A stretch of DNA of 64,000 bases from Candidatus Methanoperedens sp. Its GTDB lineage: Archaea > Halobacteriota > Methanosarcinia > Methanosarcinales > Methanoperedenaceae. Position numbers and translations under genes: made by a program. A model generated the notes under the pieces. It did not search any database and was not told the DNA's origin. It was given only the letters and a program-made list of their open reading frames with translations. The stretch lies in NCBI GenBank assembly GCA_012026795.1, contig VEPM01000023.1, forward strand, positions 2,455 to 66,454. The letters run 5' to 3'. Shown piece after piece: positions 59,376 to 64,000 of this stretch (its first letter is position 1; every line of letters begins with the position of its first letter).

Positions 59376-59802
59376 TCAAATCTCGAATCCATAATCACCT
59401 ATTTTTACTCCCAGAATATCCATAAAATCTTTAATTTTAAATTTAGAAAGATATGCAGAGAATATCTCATATAAATATGCTGCATCCTCAATATCCTTAT
59501 CGCTTCCCAGATATAGTTTAAAAGCAATTTGAAGTTCAATTGGTGATATATTGATACCATACCTGTCCAATTGAGCTACCTTATGTTCCTTCAGGGAAAT
59601 CCTATCAAGCTGGCTCTTGATGAACTTGATCTCTATGTTCGGGATAACATTATCTTTTACAGCGTATTGAAACATATCCGCTGACAACGACATAATCCAT
59701 GTATTTTTTCAGGATATTAATAAAATCTACTACAAAGATATCTAATTTTGAGACAACTTTGTTTTTTAAATATATATTTTCCCCTTTAATTTCAATATCC
59801 AT
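59376..59802 (-). pseudogene. Nucleotidyltransferase-fold protein with internal deletion and frameshift
   Basis: 5' frame MDIEIKG...YMDYVVVSGYVSI stops soon after about 59665; second frame AVKDNVIPNIEIKF...SPIELQIAFKLYLGSDKDIEDA continues; the central GRxRxTEDxD segment expected from recall is absent. Confidence 0.65.
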
Positions 59803-59939
59803 ATTAATAGAACAAATTATTTTACACTATATTAAATATATAGTCTGGCTCATAATGAATGAAGTTTTACTTAGAAGGGTTTTTATTTCTCTAAACTATC
59901 AAGTATACTCTAATCCGGAAAATTCAAAGGTGATATTCA

Positions 59940-61184
59940 TTGTTTATTGACCACATCCATGCAAGGGAAATCTTAGATTCACGGGGAAATCCCACGGTAG
60001 AGGTTGACGTTTTTACAGAAAGCGGATTCGGGCGCGCAAGCGTTCCTTCCGGCGCATCGACAGGAACGAACGAAGCTCTTGAATTAAGGGATAAGGATAA
60101 GCGTTATCTTGGAAAAGGCGTCACGAAAGCTGTAAGCAACGTAAATACAGAGATCCAGGAAGCACTTCTGGGAATGGATGTGCGCGACCAGCGCGAAATC
60201 GACGCAATAATGCTTGAACTTGACGGGACAGAGAATAAATCAAAGCTTGGCGCCAATGCCATTCTTGGAGTTTCGCTTTCCGTGGCTCACGCAGCAGCGG
60301 ATTCACTGGGAATATCACTATACCGCTATCTTGGCGGGACAAATGCATTCACGCTTCCTGTTCCTACGATGAACGTCATAAACGGGGGCAAACATGCAGG
60401 AAACGAGCTTGCCATACAGGAATTCATGCTCCAGCCAGGCGGCGCAAAGACTTTTTCCGAAGCCCTTCGCATGGGGGCTGAGACATACCATACTCTCGGC
60501 ACAATACTTGTAAAAAAATACGGGAATTCTGCGGTCAATGTGGGCTATGAAGGCGGTTATGCCCCGCCGCTTAAGAATACTACTGATGCACTTGATGCGC
60601 TGACTGATGCAATTGAGGAAGCAGGATATAATAAAAAAGTAACAATCGGTCTTGATTCTGCTGCAACTGAGTTCTATAAGGATGGCAAATACAAAGTAGA
60701 TGGCAGGAAATTATCGAGCGGGGAATTGGTGGATTTCTATTCTGGCCTTGTTAAAACATACCCTATCCTCTCAATCGAAGACCCCTTTGAGGAAGAATCA
60801 TTCGAAGATTTTGCTGAACTGACAAAAAAATTAAAAGATACGATAATCATAGGCGACGACCTTTTCGTGACAAATGTGAAGCGGCTTGAACAGGGAATAA
60901 AAATGAATGCTGGAAATGCGCTGCTCCTTAAGGTGAACCAGATCGGCACGCTCTCCGAGGCATTTGACGCGGCGCGGCTTGCCCAGAAGAACAAGTTCAA
61001 GGTCGTTGTGAGCCACAGGTCAGCAGAGACCGAAGATACGACTATTGCTGATATTTCAGTTGCCATCGGCGCCGAGTTAATAAAGACAGGGGCGCCAGCA
61101 AGGAGCGAGAGGAACGCGAAGTATAACCAGCTGCTCAGGATAGAAGAGGAATTGGGGAAGGCGGGGCGGTTTGTGGGGATATGA
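59940..61184 (+). CDS. eno: Enolase
   Basis: ILDSRGNPTVEV, VPSGASTG, GDDLFVTN, LLKVNQIG, SHRSAETED, RNAKYNQLLRIEE. Confidence 0.98.
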   Translation: MFIDHIHAREILDSRGNPTVEVDVFTESGFGRASVPSGASTGTNEALELRDKDKRYLGKGVTKAVSNVNTEIQEALLGMDVRDQREIDAIMLELDGTENKSKLGANAILGVSLSVAHAAADSLGISLYRYLGGTNAFTLPVPTMNVINGGKHAGNELAIQEFMLQPGGAKTFSEALRMGAETYHTLGTILVKKYGNSAVNVGYEGGYAPPLKNTTDALDALTDAIEEAGYNKKVTIGLDSAATEFYKDGKYKVDGRKLSSGELVDFYSGLVKTYPILSIEDPFEEESFEDFAELTKKLKDTIIIGDDLFVTNVKRLEQGIKMNAGNALLLKVNQIGTLSEAFDAARLAQKNKFKVVVSHRSAETEDTTIADISVAIGAELIKTGAPARSERNAKYNQLLRIEEELGKAGRFVGI

Positions 61185-61248
61185 TTTTAAAAAAATAGGC
61201 GAAATATCTTAATATTTGAAACCCTGTCTATATAAAAGGAAGTAACGA

Positions 61249-61470
61249 ATGGAAAAATTACATCTGCCAATAATAATTGAAATAGACGAGGATGGTTATT
61301 ACATAGTAAGTTGCCCTGTATTCAAAGGTTGCCATTCCTACGGTGATACTGTAGACGAGGCAATGGAGAATATAAAAGAAGTCATAGAGATGTGCCTCGA
61401 AGAGAATAAAGTCGAAGAGTTGAATAAATTTGTAGGGTTTAGAGAATTGGAAGTTGCTCAGAATGCCTAA
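61249..61470 (+). CDS. hicB: HicB family antitoxin
   Basis: IEIDEDGYYIVSCPVFKGCHSYGDTVDEAMENIKEVIE. Confidence 0.9.
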   Translation: MEKLHLPIIIEIDEDGYYIVSCPVFKGCHSYGDTVDEAMENIKEVIEMCLEENKVEELNKFVGFRELEVAQNA

Positions 61471-61711
61471 ACTTCCTGTAATCAAAAGCAAAGAACTTAT
61501 AAAGTTCTTAGAATATTTAGACTTTAAAGTTACCAGGACTAAAGGTTCTCATTCAAGATTGATTTCAGAAGATGAAAGGGCGACAAGTGTTCCTGTGCAT
61601 GGAAATAAGGATATCCCTAAAGGGCTTCTGCGTAAGATAATACGAGAATATCTGGAAATGAGTTTAGAGGATTTTACTGAACAGTATTCAAAATTCAGGG
61701 GAACCAAATAA
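61463..61711 (+). CDS. hicA: HicA family toxin
   Basis: ELIKFLEYLDF..RTKGSH...VPVHGNKDIPKGLLRKII. Confidence 0.9.
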   Translation: MPKLPVIKSKELIKFLEYLDFKVTRTKGSHSRLISEDERATSVPVHGNKDIPKGLLRKIIREYLEMSLEDFTEQYSKFRGTK

Positions 61712-61890
61712 AAACTGTTTTTAAGGAAATCCAGCGCCTAGCAAGAAAAGCAAAAGCCAAAAAAACAGATAAGATGTCTAAACCATGAGTATCCTCCTTG
61801 TTCCTATATTCTATTACGGTCGAATGAATTATACAGATCGCTCGATTACAGTCGAATGTTTCTCTTTATTTCGATATGTTACCCATACCA

Positions 61891-61959
61891 ACAATCGCTG
61901 ATATTTCAGTTGCTATCGGCGCCGAGCTTATCAAGACAGGAGCGCCTGCAAGGAGTGAG
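61891..61959 (+). repeat. Displaced 69-bp copy of the eno 3' region (att-like direct repeat of 61041-61109)
   Basis: 60/69 nt identical; all differences synonymous in the eno frame (TIADISVAIGAELIKTGAPARSE). Confidence 0.9.
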
Positions 61960-62127
61960 CTATTCTAGTATTTACTTTCAGAACATTATTTAAATAGAAT
62001 TTCATATTCATGTTTCGAGTTCTGCAATTCTTTTTTGTATTTAGTGTTAAATTTAGGACTATTATTATATTATGTAACTAAAAATATTACAAAAAGTTTA
62101 ATATGATAGAATAACTGTGGATTAGAT

Positions 62128-64000
62128 ATGTCTGATATAAATGTGTGGTATAAGTGGTTTGGACTAAATAAAAATCCTTTTAACACAGCTCCTATAACCA
62201 AAAATCAAATTGAATTTTTTTATAAGACATCCGAGATCGCAAAAAAAATAGATCCTTTACTTTCAGAGCTTTCTACCAACGTACCAACTATAAAGTTAAT
62301 TATTGGTCCAAGAGGTTTGGGGAAAACATCAATTTTCCATTATATCGGATGGAAAGCAGATGAAATACCCAACTTAATACCTATTTATATAGATGCAGCT
62401 TATGAAAGTACCAAAATAGAGAATCCTTCAATACTTATAGCTCAATCCATACTTACTAACTTTTTAGAAGAACTTTTTAATTATTTGTTTTTGCATAATT
62501 TTGAAATTTGGAATAAATACAAATCTAGTATTGATATTTATATGAATAATATAGGATTTGTCATGGATCACAGTGGTGTTCTTAAAAATCCCTCAAGTAC
62601 TCCATTAGAAGCCCATTTTGTTAATCTTAGGCGTATAACAGAAAATATGTTAAGGATATGTCAAAATAACGACATTAGATTTTTATTGTTAATCGATAAT
62701 ATAGATAAAGGTAACTTAGAACCCGCTTTAATTTTCTTTAGAGAATCGATAGCTCAATCTCTTTTTGAAGATTTTAATACCATTTTTAAGTCTACTGTTT
62801 ATATATCTGGGAAAAATGAATTACGAAATGAGATGTTAAGTAGCAAGTATTCTGCAGAGTACAGTTATTTACAGGACGTAATAATTTTAAACAAATTGAC
62901 TCCGATTGAATCCTATAAAATAATTGAACAAAGAATTACAACTTCTTGCAGCACACCCACAAAAATACCATTCGAGCCAGAAGTCATTCATGAAATTTGG
63001 ATAAAAAATCAAGGAATAACACGAGATATTATAATCGATGTAAAAAATTTATTAGAGAAAGCATTCAAATTTAAAGTTCCATTTGTAACATTAGCATTAT
63101 ATAAATCAAGGAAATTCAATGCAAAAGAAAATTCGGATATACTCTCTAGACTTTTAGAAGAGGATATACCCAGTCGTAAAGGTTCTGAAGCTCTAATGGG
63201 ATTATATACATACCTTAATTGCAATGCCAATAAGTTCAAGATAGCTATTAATTTGTTATTAAATGTATATAATAAAAAACAATTATCTAAAGAAAATGAA
63301 ATATATTTGAGTGAATTGGTAGAAAGAAAATTTTTAATATTTGAGGCAAAAAATAAATATTTTCTAATTAGAGAAGATATAACACACTTATTCAATAAAT
63401 TAATTGAAAACGGAATGGAATTATCCGAATTTATGGATTGGTTTATAAGTGACCATTTAGAAGTAATACCAATCGAAATTGATAAAATTTTGCCTGAAGA
63501 TAAATTATCCGAGCTAAGAGAGCAAAGCAAAAAGCATAATTGGGGTAAAGTCATAATTAGTAAACCAGATAACTATTATTCTTTAACTGATGCTGTACTG
63601 AAAAATAAAGTGGATAAATTTTTTGAATCTGCTTTAAAAAGTTACTTACGTCTTAGTAGTGATGATTGGGATGAGATAGATAATTCAATAATTTTTGATG
63701 AAATGTGGAGTATTATATTTAATGTATGTAAGGCAATTACATATCTGCTGGCTTCTTACCTTGATGATGATATTAAATATGGTATTGGTGATCGAAACAA
63801 CGATTGGAATAATATATATTATTTTATTATACAAAAAGGTCAAAATGAATTCTTTTATTTAGAGAATTGGCATTTTATCAAAAAATTATATGGTCTTAGA
63901 AAAAAAGTCCTTGTTGAGAAATCTTACGTGCCTTCCAGAGAAGAATTAATGGAATGGTATTCTAATATAGACAAAACTATTGATGAACTTTATAACTTCT
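62128..64000 (+). CDS. AT-rich P-loop NTPase (AAA+/STAND-like) with helical C-terminal domain; runs off the window end (not in ORF track)
   Basis: Frame read by hand and open for at least 624 codons; WFGLNKNPF, Walker A IIGPRGLGKT, Walker B FLLLIDNID, NQGITRDII. Confidence 0.85.
   Translation, partial: MSDINVWYKWFGLNKNPFNTAPITKNQIEFFYKTSEIAKKIDPLLSELSTNVPTIKLIIGPRGLGKTSIFHYIGWKADEIPNLIPIYIDAAYESTKIENPSILIAQSILTNFLEELFNYLFLHNFEIWNKYKSSIDIYMNNIGFVMDHSGVLKNPSSTPLEAHFVNLRRITENMLRICQNNDIRFLLLIDNIDKGNLEPALIFFRESIAQSLFEDFNTIFKSTVYISGKNELRNEMLSSKYSAEYSYLQDVIILNKLTPIESYKIIEQRITTSCSTPTKIPFEPEVIHEIWIKNQGITRDIIIDVKNLLEKAFKFKVPFVTLALYKSRKFNAKENSDILSRLLEEDIPSRKGSEALMGLYTYLNCNANKFKIAINLLLNVYNKKQLSKENEIYLSELVERKFLIFEAKNKYFLIREDITHLFNKLIENGMELSEFMDWFISDHLEVIPIEIDKILPEDKLSELREQSKKHNWGKVIISKPDNYYSLTDAVLKNKVDKFFESALKSYLRLSSDDWDEIDNSIIFDEMWSIIFNVCKAITYLLASYLDDDIKYGIGDRNNDWNNIYYFIIQKGQNEFFYLENWHFIKKLYGLRKKVLVEKSYVPSREELMEWYSNIDKTIDELYNF

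Noticed and set aside
59699-59950. 83-aa plus-strand ORF
   Set aside because: Antisense to the pseudogene's 5' part, low complexity and no SD.
61712-61788. Short Lys-rich frame (TVFKEIQRLARKAKAKK...) after hicA
   Set aside because: No start codon or SD; at most a gene remnant.
63009-63554. 181-aa minus-strand ORF
   Set aside because: Antisense shadow of the NTPase gene.
1-64000. CRISPR array or rRNA genes
   Set aside because: No repeat-spacer periodicity and no rRNA signatures were seen.

Overview
This is a 64-kb chromosomal window from a Methanosarcinales archaeon, most like Ca. Methanoperedens (ANME-2d). The assignment is an inference from ftr, mptA, the homodimeric-type endA, PGF-CTERM surface proteins and futalosine-pathway mqnB/mqnD. 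Most of the window is housekeeping: sui1, endA, moeA, purN-glyA-folD, nreA, queD, purL, ftr, mptA, mutL, cgi121, coaBC, the rpl18e-rpl13-rps9-rpoN-tRNA-Pro-rpoK-rps2 operon, a MoxR/DUF58/vWA operon and eno. Main candidates: (1) at 34.8-39.5 kb, a COG1361/MacB-permease/Yip1/SpoIIM(DUF95)/ABC-ATPase cluster surrounds a 39-aa amphipathic peptide ORF that is missing from the ORF track, a gene set resembling head-to-tail circular bacteriocin loci. (2) A MamK-like actin is coupled to an ArlD/E-domain coiled-coil protein. (3) An 87-aa module is inserted in frame in two unrelated proteins (three copies). (4) A displaced 69-bp copy of the eno 3' region, differing only at synonymous sites, flanks hicBA and precedes an AT-rich NTPase gene, consistent with an integration scar. 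(5) A MinD/ParA plus wHTH pair sits next to a cluster of TGCACA repeats. (6) Three genes appear to start at ATA/ATC/ATT. Family assignments are by motif recognition and recall; no database search or computation was run.
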